Source: Phoronis australis
Taxonomy: Eukaryota > Animalia > Phoronida
Length of the DNA stretch: 64,000 nt
Reading direction: 5' to 3'
NCBI GenBank assembly: GCA_002633005.1
Contig: NMRA01000316.1
Location: 451,382 to 515,381 of the forward strand
Made by a program: the position numbers and the translations under genes. Under the pieces are notes generated by a model. It was given only the letters and a program-made list of their open reading frames with translations, was not told the origin of the DNA and ran no database searches. This document shows positions 52,446-64,000 of the stretch, piece by piece; the stretch's first letter is position 1, and each line of letters begins with the position of its first letter.

Positions 52446-53175
52446 TGTACGCGTTGAATAATAAACAATTCTGCGCTTTCAATGAGAACAGAAAGGTTGA
52501 ACCATCTCGGCGAGTTATTAAGCAAAAGTGTGCGTTGATTAAGTACAGTGTACATTTCAAAGAAAATCTACAGCCAGGTGGAAGTCTAATTTTACATCGC
52601 TTTCATATGAAGATAAAGAAAACCAATATTTGCGCTCAGTACTCTATACATTTTGTAGTGAAGTCGACACAATCAACATTTGCTAATGAAAGAAATATTC
52701 TAGAACAAATTGCCTTGAATCTGGGTAACTCCGATGCTCGGATATTGATCACCTCGGGATTGCTTTTAAAACTATTCTCGCAAACGGCCAGTATGGATGT
52801 ACGAACGATCGATGAAGAACGATGACTGGTATCAAAAAACATATACATCATGAAAATTTAAAAGACAATGGGATGGCTTGAAAATTGTCAAATATCAGAT
52901 GACCTTCTGTAGGCCTACTCATGTTGCTAAGTATTCCTCGAACGTGTTACAACCATCCGTGTTAAGTGCGAGCCAAGTCGTAATGAATGCTTAGAAGATT
53001 TGGTAACTACACAGTTGGTAATCCGGCGAAAGTAAGAGTTTCCCTGGCCTCAGCGCGCACGTGAAATTAGCAGTCACGCTTTCACGTGCATCATGTCTGC
53101 CTTTGCACGTACTTAAATTGACGTTCACACGTCCTTTGGAGGTAATGCAATTATACCCTCTGACACAGCACCACC

Positions 53176-53336
53176 CAGGGGCGGATCCAGGATTTTTAGT
53201 TAGGGGGACTAGGGCTGAGTATTAGCCAGGATTTTGCCCGTCAGCAGGCATTAGCACCCCCCGAACTTCCAAATGAACTTTGGGAGAATTTTAGGGGGGC
53301 ATGACCCCCTTAGCCCCCCATCTAAATCCGCCACTG
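53176..53336. mobile_element. 161-bp MITE, CAGGGGCGGAT TIR, 5-bp TSD
   Basis: ccacc-CAGGGGCGGATCCAG...TCTAAATCCGCCACTG-ccacc. Confidence 0.85.
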
Positions 53337-54592
53337 CCACCTACACTGAAAAGTGGCCCAGCTACCTTTCGCAGCACTATGAAAGAGTGTAGTGTAGTTA
53401 TACATCCTCTTGTAATTTTGCGTTTACATGCCGTGCATAAATATGCACTCAGGGGTAAACATATACTCGGGTGTTAACGTCGTCATGTAAACGGGGCTTT
53501 AGTGATAAGGTTTGACAGTACATTTCCTAGATTATAACACTGGAAAGATGACCTCCTGTTATGTGCAATTGTGAAGACCAGGTCAGTTTTCACGAGAATT
53601 AACGAAACAAGTATACATGTATTATTAATTGAATGAGACCTGAATACATGAAATGTGTAAACCTTCTGTTTGGAAGAAAAGTAAATAAACATTTTTAACT
53701 TAAAAAAATAATTAACCTTCCCAGCAGTTGCTGTAAAAATGCCAACGGTTTCAACCGAAGCATAACCATTTAAGTTTTAATGCGTGGTCTTTGTTGTTTT
53801 CTTATTTCTTCAATTTGATTTAGTGAACAACACTGACAGATGCCTTCCGTATCTTTGGAAGAGTACATGTACCAACACGAGATTGAAGTTTTTGAATAGT
53901 AACGTCGCGTTGAACTCGTCATTATATGAAAAATACTAACCATGGGTGATTTTTTTTCACTCGAAGATCGTCCTCGACTTAATGTGTTCATGGTAGGCAG
54001 GTTCGTTGGCAATGAAAAATTAAGGGTTTGAAACCAGTTTCAAACTAATGTTCATGTAGGAAGTCTAGGCACATTATTCGAGCAAGATTCTTAACAACTG
54101 CTGTAGGCCTACATTCCACGGGCCATTTAATTTTACATGTAGCTGAGATTGTTTGAAGAAATATAGGTGTACGACTATACATGTATATCGCGAGTAATAC
54201 TTTTAAGCGTGGTTTTCGTCAAAATGTTCATGTATTGGCGCATGTGCCTAAATACTCGAACATACCGGGTATACGTTAGGCGGTACCTCTGTAGAAAAGA
54301 CAGAAAAAAAAACAAATTTAATCAATCACGATCGGTTATTATTGCCAGTCTTCGAAATTTTCTTCAACAAGTATATGTAAGTATACACATCAGAATTCAA
54401 TTGCAATTTCATGTATACTCTATATGAAACTGATTCCGAGTTTTGGTCATGAATATGACGTAATTACGAAAACAAAACCCGTATTGGTTTTTATGGGCTG
54501 CACCTGCATCGGTGTCATTAAATCTGGCGTGTTAGGATAAACTAGTGTCGCATTTACTTCATCGTAAAGACTACTGGCCTGACGTGAACACG

Positions 54593-54931
54593 ATGGCTGC
54601 TATTGAAAGTCAAGAAAAACGAGACAAACGTTTGGTACGCAACGAAAACTAAATTTTGATGACGTAATAAAAATCACGTAATTTAAGCATAAAGATGTTG
54701 TTGTTAAGTACTTCAAACATGTATACTCATTTCAACCGTAAGATTTTCTGAACATTTTGATGAAAAGTATGGTGTATTCGATTATTTTGCTTGGTTTTTT
54801 ATTATTCTAGTCAGAAGTTGAACCAGAGAGATGGAGCACGAAAGCTGACTACCTGCTGTCTCTAATAGGAGCTACAGTGGGCTTGGGAAATTTGCTGCGA
54901 TTTCCATTTCTTTGTTACAGAAATGGTGGAG
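54593..54931 (+). CDS. SLC6 (sodium:neurotransmitter/amino-acid symporter) family transporter, 5' exons only
   Basis: Exon 54811-54931 (tag acceptor, gtacgt donor) encodes [40 protein letters not shown], the SLC6 TM1 signature. Probable start exon 54593-54634 ([14 protein letters not shown], phase 0). The next exon (GAFL.PY) was not found in the window. Confidence 0.85.
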
Positions 54932-56729
54932 GTACGTTTTTTAATTACGATGTGTCGATCGCAGAAACCTACATTTAAGTCCAAATTTCATTAGATTGCC
55001 TCGAGGGTCAAAGAATCAACCAGCGTAACAACGTCCGCATATTGAGACCAAAAAGGTACATGATACGTTTTTCTCAGTCAGTGGTCGTGTTCGGAGGACG
55101 TATGGAAAGTGTAATACATTAATTCACATTAATTTCATAAACTTTGTTGAAAATACGACTAAACTTTTTGTTTGAAAGCTTGGTACAGAGCCAGCCGCTC
55201 GTAGTGTCGAAACAATCTCCTTTCTTCAGGTGTGCATTAGTATGTAGCAAACACCGAGACACATTACGGCGTTTTCCCGTTGCTCCCAACTTGTTCAATT
55301 CTATAGCCCAACAACAAGTTGGTAAGTTTATCCCTGTAGCCAATATCTTACGCGACTGATTAACTCCATTCTGGCATTGATGGTTGGAGGGCCAGCTCTC
55401 TTTTGTTCGCTAATTGCTCTAATCTCCAATAAGATCGTAGGCTATCTACCCTGACTGGGTTGCGCTGTTAAAAACAAAAGTCAAGTTATAACATATTTGA
55501 ACATTAACCAATAGCATTTCTGAAATCTCCGTCAAATGGTGATCATGTTTAGTTTTTGAATCGCCAAAATCGCTCAACTGCATCCGAAGTTACGACAATC
55601 TATTCTTTCCGAATAAACCAATTCACTCTGAGTTTGACTGTGTTCACACGTGGTCTGTAATAAGCCTATCAGATAATTGGCCTGCTTCATTTGTTGTTGT
55701 AACAGACAAAAGAGTGTGCTTGGCAGTTAACAAAGCAGCAACATGTTATCACACGCTCAGAACCCCTACGTCTGATAAAGTCACTGAACGGGAAAACGCG
55801 GTCATGATAACAAACAAATTAAAACGCTAGCTGTACATGTATTTCGAGACTTCATGTCACATCATCAGGCAATCAGTGGAAGGAACACATAATTAAACAC
55901 TGAAATACACGTGCCGGCGAAAAGAGGAGCATACAAACAGAGAGTGTGAATGCAACACACCGTAGGAAGCCCATGCAGGCACAAGCCTATTGAAACTGAA
56001 ATCCAACGTGCGGTACACACCTGTGAGCTGCTCATTCAACACAAGTTTTTCATGACTGATCAATTACGATTCCAAAATCTTTAGCCGAAATGTGTCATTT
56101 TCAACACAGCGAATGATTGTATTGTCCACTGTTTCTTGCCTAGTTATTTTTTGGTTATGTTGGCCGTGTATAAAATGACCTTGAATAGACCCGCCCTGCA
56201 GTTGCATGGACAACCGTCGTGAGAGCACACACCGTGTGTTCAATGTAACGCTGTTCACGAGAATAAGGACGACTCGCAAGAAGCGCATGGTGAGTTGCTG
56301 ATGTTGTCTCTAAATTGTGGTAGGCCTACTTTGCTCGGTCTACCATGTTTAGTCCTCGAAATCCGCACACGGGTGGCTTTAGCTATACCCTGGATACAAA
56401 TGGGAAGCAAATTCAAATCACTCTTCAAGTTATTTCAGTTGAATTCTTAATACCATGACAATGACAAATCACAACAATAACCAATCACTACCGGCATCGG
56501 TTGAGTAGACAAGCCGACTGGTCGATAGGGGCTTACATGTACTTTATCACTTTGGCCCGTCTCGAGTCCAAACACTTGGCAAGTGATCCCGCAGGTCTTA
56601 CGAAGGACATTAATGTAGTTTTACGATGCTTTCGTCATTTACAATGATACTTCAAGACAAATGAGCATTATTGTCGGATCTCTATTGAGAGTAATGCAAA
56701 AGTCGGTTTGTTTACTGTACTGATCGATC

Positions 56730-56890
56730 CAGGGGCGGATCTAGGGTTTTGAGTTAGGAGGGGCACGTCAGAGTACATGTATTAGCCAGGATTTTGGTTG
56801 TCAGACGTTCGCGCCCCCAAACTGCCAAATGGATCTAGGAGAAGTTTAGGGAGGCCATGGCCCCCTTTGCCCCCTCTAAATCCGCCGCTG
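56730..56890. mobile_element. 161-bp MITE, same family as 53176-53336
   Basis: cgatc-CAGGGGCGGATCTAG...TCTAAATCCGCCGCTG-ccatc; shared internal tattagccaggatttt. Confidence 0.85.
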
Positions 56891-59329
56891 CCATCTACAT
56901 TTCCCTGCCACGCAAGTGCACAACTCGAAACCTGGGACTCATTTATCGATGCACAAATCCACGCTTTCTCGTTGATCATGCGTGGAGCGTGCCTACCGGC
57001 GTGGTGGAGAAATACCGTATGCTTGCACAGGTGTAGGTAAAGTTAGCAGCCAGTTTTCACATTACGCACCACGGGGACCAACAATAAAATCACAAATTCT
57101 CTCAAAACAGCGAGTTAAATGTCCGAAACAGCGTTTGGTGCTTAAGTAAGGTCAGTACCTGGACACAGGTTATTTGCAAACTTAAGATTTTCCCCTCGGA
57201 CCTCGCGATTGTATTGGTGCACGTATTAACGTTCATATCGAAACAATTTAAAACTCATTTTTACTTTTTATTGGTTAAGCTATTGCGACCAGTATAAGTA
57301 CTGAACTTGAGGTGAACTTATAGTGAAAACGTGGTCGACATCAGCGCCATCTTGCAATGCGCTTCAAAATTTAACATCGTCCTGGTTCCCTGCAAGTAGA
57401 GTTTGTTGCAAATGGCACAATTACAACCTTTTTACTGTCGATATCTTTCCTTAATCCTGATTTTATCATGGAGTTCTCTCCCGTCTTCGAATGGGAAAAG
57501 TACACGAATTGGTGTCTTGCTCTACGAAATAAACGTTCAAGCTGGGTGAAACCATTAAAATCTCATTATTAAAATATTCATGCTGAATATGTCAACGTGA
57601 GGCTATTAAGTACAAAACGGCAACGTAATGAGTGTCCCCACTTTCTGCACAGGCAATCGTTCGTTTGTACCTGATTTGAATTGTGGTATCTTTGAGGATT
57701 TCATGAAAAGAGATTCAATAAGCGCTAGCAGCTTACAGTTGGGCAAAGGAAGTTCAGGAATGACGTCATGAGTGAGCATGTTATCGACGCAGACCTCAAG
57801 ACTGGACCTCGTTTATTTCGTGGTCTTATTTGATGATTAATGTAAATTACGGGAAGTCTATATCGATATTAGTTACGTATTTGCATGTTCAGTAGTTTGC
57901 AAATTAAATCAACTTGACAGATTTCGGCAGACATCTGGTAGACTATTCCAAAGTTGTATAAAAGTCTTGCCAGAATGTTTTGTAAGTTTTTCACACACAA
58001 ATTTTGTCGCAATAAAATAGCGTGTTGTCGAACATTTGTCAAAGTTTAATAAGACTTTGTTGAGCCTATCCCCATTGTTTGTTGACAAAATGGAAAATGC
58101 AGTGAGCTGACGCGATTTCGACAACGTCGATGAAGTAACTCTTAGCTGTCGACATTTGGTGGAGATTTGATTTGATTATATTATTTGAACAGAAATAGAT
58201 ATTTAATAGCGACTTCGTGTGCAGAAATTGCCGAAATAGGAAAGCTTCATTTGCATAAAGATATATAAAAGTCGAGTTACCATTGCTAACGTTGTTTCAA
58301 GACTGCTAATAGAGGTGAGTTTTCTAACAGAAGCTGGGGATATTAGAGGTTCGATGAAATTATGAAACGCAGGGTCTCCCTATCGTCGTACTAAGTAATA
58401 AACGCCATTTCTTTTAGAAAACGCGCGTCTCCTGATTGAGGCTGGGTCTTTGGAAATTAATGAACGCCTGGCTTCTTAAAGAATATGTAGAGTAGGCCTA
58501 AAATCAAATGATCAATAGTCAACGGGAAAAGAGGAATAGCCATGAAATATGAAATTTCAAGAAATACATTTTTTCAAAATTCATAACTTCCCTTGAAAAT
58601 ACCCAGTACTACGTACGGATGTACATGATATTCAAGTATATTTTAGGAGTTGTGTGACGTCTGAATAAAAACCTTATTTTTTAACGAACCTTTGTTATCG
58701 CTGCTAAGTTTAGTCTGCACTTTTTTTCCATTGCATAGAAGAAATATGCATCAAAATTAGTTATTATGCTTCTAATGAGCTTTTCCGCAACCAAATACAT
58801 GTTTTAGTTCAAGTAAGTTCACTTTTCCAATGGTCGTGGCGATAGCATGCACACACTTTTGCCTTTAAGTCTTTTTGAGGAACAACAGCTTCGTTTTTTT
58901 GTAAAACCAGGAGAACAAACCTAAACACGGGGCTCAACCAGGAACATGCATTCAGGATGCTAAACCAATGACGTTAAGAATCCTTTTCGTTTCTGTAGAC
59001 TGACTCTGTACTGGATTAGCTCCTGGGTGTTTTCAATGTGTTGGCTATAACAACAGGTAAAGTTGGTATACAGAACTTAGAAGTAATTTTGAGGGAACTG
59101 TAGTCGTTGTAATATAAAACTGGTACAAGGAAGTATCACAAAGTCACTCCAATGCTACAGTTAACCTTTGTCGGTACATGGCGGTAAAAAAGTAATTATA
59201 CAGGTACCCTGATACCTTAATTTTGTGGTGCATTAGGCGTGCTTAGGCCACAACACCAGCCCCATTGCACTAATCGCCTGATGACTCATAGGTACCCCCT
59301 GCCTAGGATTCCTTGCCGTTAAAATCTTC

Positions 59330-60480
59330 TAATCTGCCTGTTGTCCCCAGGAAGTTGCGAAGACTGATAAATCGGAAAGACCCAGCGATTTCCTCCAGAC
59401 AGGGCAATCTCTAGCACATGCAGATGGTTTCAATGTCTTGGTTTCCATGCCACACTTAGGGTAGCTTGAGGAAGTCATTTGACCCTTGATGATTCGATGT
59501 CAAGGTACAAGTAGTTCTAAGTGGCAAGTAATAACTCGGATGACGTGATGAATACAGTAGCAAGCCTTCATAAGCATAGGAGCCTCCTACAACCCTTTGC
59601 AAACATTTATTTTGCTTGTCAGCACGTGGAGCACTCCCTCGTGCAGACGGTTTAAGCACCCACGGTTTGACTTTTGCTTTGCAACACCCGTAAGATGCTG
59701 GAACACACGGGCTCTGCAAGATAGTCAGCAACTTCATTGCCATCAAAGCCAATATGTGCTTCGACCCTGATGGTGTAGACAATTATTCCAGATGTCAAGT
59801 GATTACGATCATCCGCTACAGGCCGGGAAACACTTAGTTTGGGGCTTGGCTAGAGGCTTTATTGCGGCTTGGGCTACCAGCTACCATGTACTGCTTTATG
59901 TTTTCTAGCCAGTTGAGCAGTTTGGTGGATGGAGACAGTTGCAGCCTGAAAACGGTTGCAGTTTTGGCAAGTGATACCCAAATTTATGTAAGGTCACGAA
60001 ATTAAATTCTGATCCGGCTGGACTTCTTAATGTCATCAGACGGACTGTTGGTCAGTGAGACTTGACCATCTTCAATTCCTGTGGTGAAACTTTGAATAAG
60101 ATTTAGAGTCGTCTCTAGAACACCTCTAGGCCTTGCCACAATTGTCCTACATGAAATGAAAGTGAAATGAAGTGAAATTAACCTGTTGATCACATTAACA
60201 TGGCACTGTATTTGATGGTTAGCCATCCTAAAAGGGATCTTGATAGTTCTTTGTGTCAGGTTCAATGACATTGGCGATCAGAGTTTTCTCGTTGCCACTG
60301 TGCTCTTTGTAAAACAATCTATTCTGTGACACCAACAGTCTTCACCTGTCTTATAACCAGTTTGCCAAATTCTTTTTGTACCAGCGTCACCTGTTTTCAG
60401 TAATTGGCCTCTATTAGCTTGTTTGTTCACTCTCAGGTGACAGACGCAGTCGACGCCTTGAAAAAACATCACAAGGATCT
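59330..60480 (-). mobile_element. Degenerate RNase H-bearing non-LTR retrotransposon fragment
   Basis: Minus-strand translation gives WVSLAKTATVF (cf. SLG..ATVFQAE) at ~59950-59980 and VEAHIGFDGNEVADYLA (cf. VKAHIGI.GNE.AD.LA) at ~59715-59766. Confidence 0.55.
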
Positions 60481-62189
60481 CGTGGACTTATATTGATCAC
60501 AAGACAGAATAGGGCAGACTATTCACACATGTTTCCTTTATGAAATTTGGACTACGCGTGTTGCTCTAATGCAGTAGTTACATGTTTAGTGCTTAACAAG
60601 AAGTTATGATGTAAGCCTATGCAGTTAGAGTAGACCTAAGCAAGAAACGATAGAACTAGGGGGTAGCTCAGAAAAATACACATTCTCTTACTATTCCTGT
60701 TTGTCCTGTAAACTCTTCAATTGTTTGCATTGCGTAAAACTCAATATTTTGTATGTATGGAATTATTCAATACGACACGATTAGCAGTTTACTGGCCACT
60801 TGAATGCAATTAGGTAATGCTAACCAAAGAATGCGGGAATCTGCGAGTGGTTGAAAAGTTAGAGTAGGCCCACCTACGACTGAGGTCCTCCACGTGTGGT
60901 ATGATTAGTATTTTCTAAATTCTTTTTTCTTTGTTGGCGGGAAGTGAAAAAACGACCACGTGTACTCTGGCGTTGTCGTTGCCGAATGAAAGACAGCAAT
61001 ATTCGTCACGTCGAGAGCTAGAAACTTGACTGGAGAATCAATCTACAACGTTGTCTACTGGAATGTACCTAGCTTAAAGAGGCATGGGACGCAAAAATTC
61101 GTAAAATTCTTTTAAACAGATAATGGAGGATCTGCTTCTTGAGGATGCTAACGTGAGAGTTACTCACTTTGAATATTGCAAGAATTTCTAAAAATAATCG
61201 TCAGATTAACTATTTTGAGACACAGACTAAATTTAAACTTTTTCATCCCAATATAGTATTCAAATTCTCCGCCCACAATAATATATATGCGCGCATGGGC
61301 TGAAAAAGTAGGATTGGCTGCTGCTTAAAATCGCCGTCGTTTGGTTTACATAAGGGTTCAAAGGTCACATTTCCCATTTAAGAGAAATGTGCTACATCTA
61401 TGTCTTGCCACTCCAAGCAAGAAGACGTGCTGTGTAACGGGGGAGAAAAATTACCGAAGTGACAAGCAGTTGACAGATCATTTCTTTAAAATTTGAAACT
61501 AAAGGAAAAATGCTTTGACATCAACAGAAATTCAAAATCTTTACAAACAAATCGTAAAATACCTGGTGAACACTTTGACTTCTGTTTCAGAACCACTTTG
61601 AACAACTGAATCTGGCCGTTTTTCACGTTCTATGTCATTTTAACAACCTTTTTGGCTTAGACAGTGAAAAACGTTTGAGAACCACATTGAAACAACCATA
61701 CTCGAAACACGACAGTCATCACCAATGGAGATCATTCGATTTTCAAAATAGTTCTCATCTTTGTTTTTACATAAATGATCCGTTAGGTTTCGTAAATTTC
61801 GCATTCTTTATGTTCGTCCTTGTATTTGGTTTAATTTATCTCTGATCAAAATATGATTCAACAAAACTTGTTTCATTTTTCGCAAATTCTTGCGTTTAAG
61901 CATTCTCTTGGTTACCCTTCTACAGCTTAACCGATGATTTACAGGTAACAGCTGTATCCCGACCACGCTAATCCTTTGAGACAAAAAGTTACATTACCGA
62001 AACGCCAAGTTCCAGTCTGCATGATCCGCGTGGAAGAGTGGCTTCAATCGCCGCCGGTCAAGTCGGGACCCTCCGCAAGTAGTGAATAAGCCTGCTTATC
62101 ATTATAAGTTACATCAAAACCGAGAACATGACCTAATTCGCGCCTAATATCTACTCTTGAGTTTGCCTATTGTTTAATATGACCCCAAT

Positions 62190-64000
62190 TGTTGTGATAT
62201 TTGATGTTATAGTTTTCTATGACGTCATCCTTTTGTGACGTCATTCTTAATTCCTGTCAATATATTTTACATTCATTTTTACGTTTCTGCTTCTTTCTAT
62301 TACAAAAACATAACAGATTTAGGCGTAGTTGGCAGGCTATATAAAGATGGGTGAGTTGGCTGGCATTATTTCGTTATTACAACAACAAATCAGCAACAGC
62401 AAGAGAATCATCAGCGTTTTGCTGACGGGTGATCACTAGCAGGCTGATGCACCAACCAACGACATCTAAGTCAACTTTTGGTGCGAAACTCTGGAAGGCT
62501 TATTGGTCCAGATTCCAAACAATTGCAGGGGCACATTCCATACCTATGGAAAAACTTTCTTGACGAGTCAGACGTCTACAGTTTATAAGTTGCTTTCAAC
62601 TTTGACGGAGCAGCAGATACCTTCCAAGGATGTCAATCAACTGAAAATCAATAAAGTTACAACAATTATGGAGAATCAATTCGGTTCGAAGTATTTTGTA
62701 GTCCGGGAGCGATTCAAATTTTGGTCAAACACAAGAAGACAGCCAGGGGAGAAAATATAGGAGCTAGCGCCTCCTATTCGTCAAGACGCTGCAAAATGCG
62801 ATTTTCAAACAGTAAAGGATCCTTAGGATGAAGCTATGAGAACTAGATTTATTTGTTCAATTAATAATGAGACGGTCCTAAAAGCCCTTTTCAAAATAAA
62901 AGATGACGATTTATCTTTTAAGAAAGCCATAGAAATAGCAACAGAAATTGAAGAGGCGTCCAAAGTTGCAAAAGAAACGGTTTACGGAGATCCAGTGCTT
63001 ATGTTACAAAACAAAAGGAAGGAAGAAAGCAGGCAGGGCAAAGCGCAGAAGTTTAGGAATTTCCCAAAGGGAACATATCCCCGTTGTGGAAAAAAGACCT
63101 CGCGGCAATGGGATGTCGTATTAAAGAGACCGAATGCCGTTTCTGTTACAAGAAAGGTCATATAGAGGTTGTATGTCTATACAAAAGAAAGGCTAGGGAT
63201 GAAGTAAGCAGTATTTTAGCAAGGCCAGAACTGAAAGTTAATCACATTTCGGATCGTGATTCAATTCAGATTGTTGATCACATATGTGGCAAAAACAGAC
63301 ATTTGACATAGATACTGGATCACCAGACAGTTTCATTTCGGAGAAGGTTTGATATAAACTTGGAAAACCTGTTTTATCTCCGTCACACAGTCAGAATTTC
63401 GCGGCAAATGAAATACCATTACCAGTTTTGGGAATTTTCAATACAAACGCAACCTTACAGTCCGATTTGCAGCATACAGCAAACATAGTAGTAAGCAAAC
63501 ACGATTTGAATATTGTTGGCTGAACAGCAGTTCGACAGCTAAATATTAATGTCACTGCTTTCTGTAGGAATTCCATTTCGCGCGATGACAACCAAAATGA
63601 CAAAGTTGGTGTTGTTTGTCATGAGGACAAGAAAATTGGTGTAGAGTTTCAGCAGACCTATTCAAACCTGAAGTGGGATGTTTTAAAGGTTTCGAATTAG
63701 GTGTAGAATTAAAGCCTGATGTCCAACCAATATTTTGAAAACCTCGCACAGTACCTTTTGCATTACCGGACGACTTGAATCTGGCATATGATGCTGTTAT
63801 TAAACGTGGAATTTGGGAAACTGCACAATTCAACGAGTATGAAACACCAGTTGTCACTATAAGATAAGCATCGCTTCCTGGCCAAAGTAAAATGAAATTA
63901 AGAGTATGCGGACATTACTCAGTAACAATAAATCCTCAGCTTCAAACTCATCGTCATCTGCTACCCCTGCCTGAAGAATTTATGCGAAAGCTCAGTGGCG
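62190..64000 (+). mobile_element. Decayed Ty3/Gypsy LTR retrotransposon (Mag/K02A2.6-like), continues past the window edge
   Basis: Putative short LTR TGTTGTG...CATAACA (62190-62315). PBS (t)aggcgtagttggcagg (~62320-62337) resembles the complement of a tRNA-Ser 3' end. Gag ERFKFWS..RQPGE and zinc knuckle CRFCYKKGHIEVVC; protease IDTGS; RT start TPVV...LRVCGHYSVTINPQL. Multiple stops and frameshifts. Confidence 0.9.

Noticed and set aside
55000-62100. Further SLC6 exons or other genes
   Set aside because: No ORF with SLC6 motifs and suitable splice sites found; only TE remnants and short spurious ORFs.

Overview
Eukaryotic, AT-rich, intron-rich invertebrate-type genomic DNA; no prokaryotic operons or CRISPR arrays. 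Genes I could reconstruct from splice sites: (1) a minus-strand membrane-anchored prolyl 4-hydroxylase-like 2OG-Fe(II) oxygenase (6601-11776), head-to-head with (2) GTPBP10/Obg GTPase (14611-23969), whose first intron appears to be GC-AG and whose last exon is repeated at 26615-26832 in a ~2.2-2.5 kb duplication beginning at an N; (3) a single-exon TTC22/IFIT-like TPR protein fused to a C-terminal TIR domain (29927-31621), preceded by NF-kB/AP-1-like motifs, which is the most interesting feature; (4) RAB18 (36916-47790, 7 exons); (5) the first two coding exons of an SLC6 transporter (54593-54931). The rest is dense with mobile DNA: decayed hAT, mariner and LINE remnants, a Gypsy LTR element at the right edge, Helentron-like elements, MITEs with 5-bp or 3-bp TSDs, minisatellites and probable TACATGTA excision footprints. 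All family assignments come from motif recognition by eye, not database searches.
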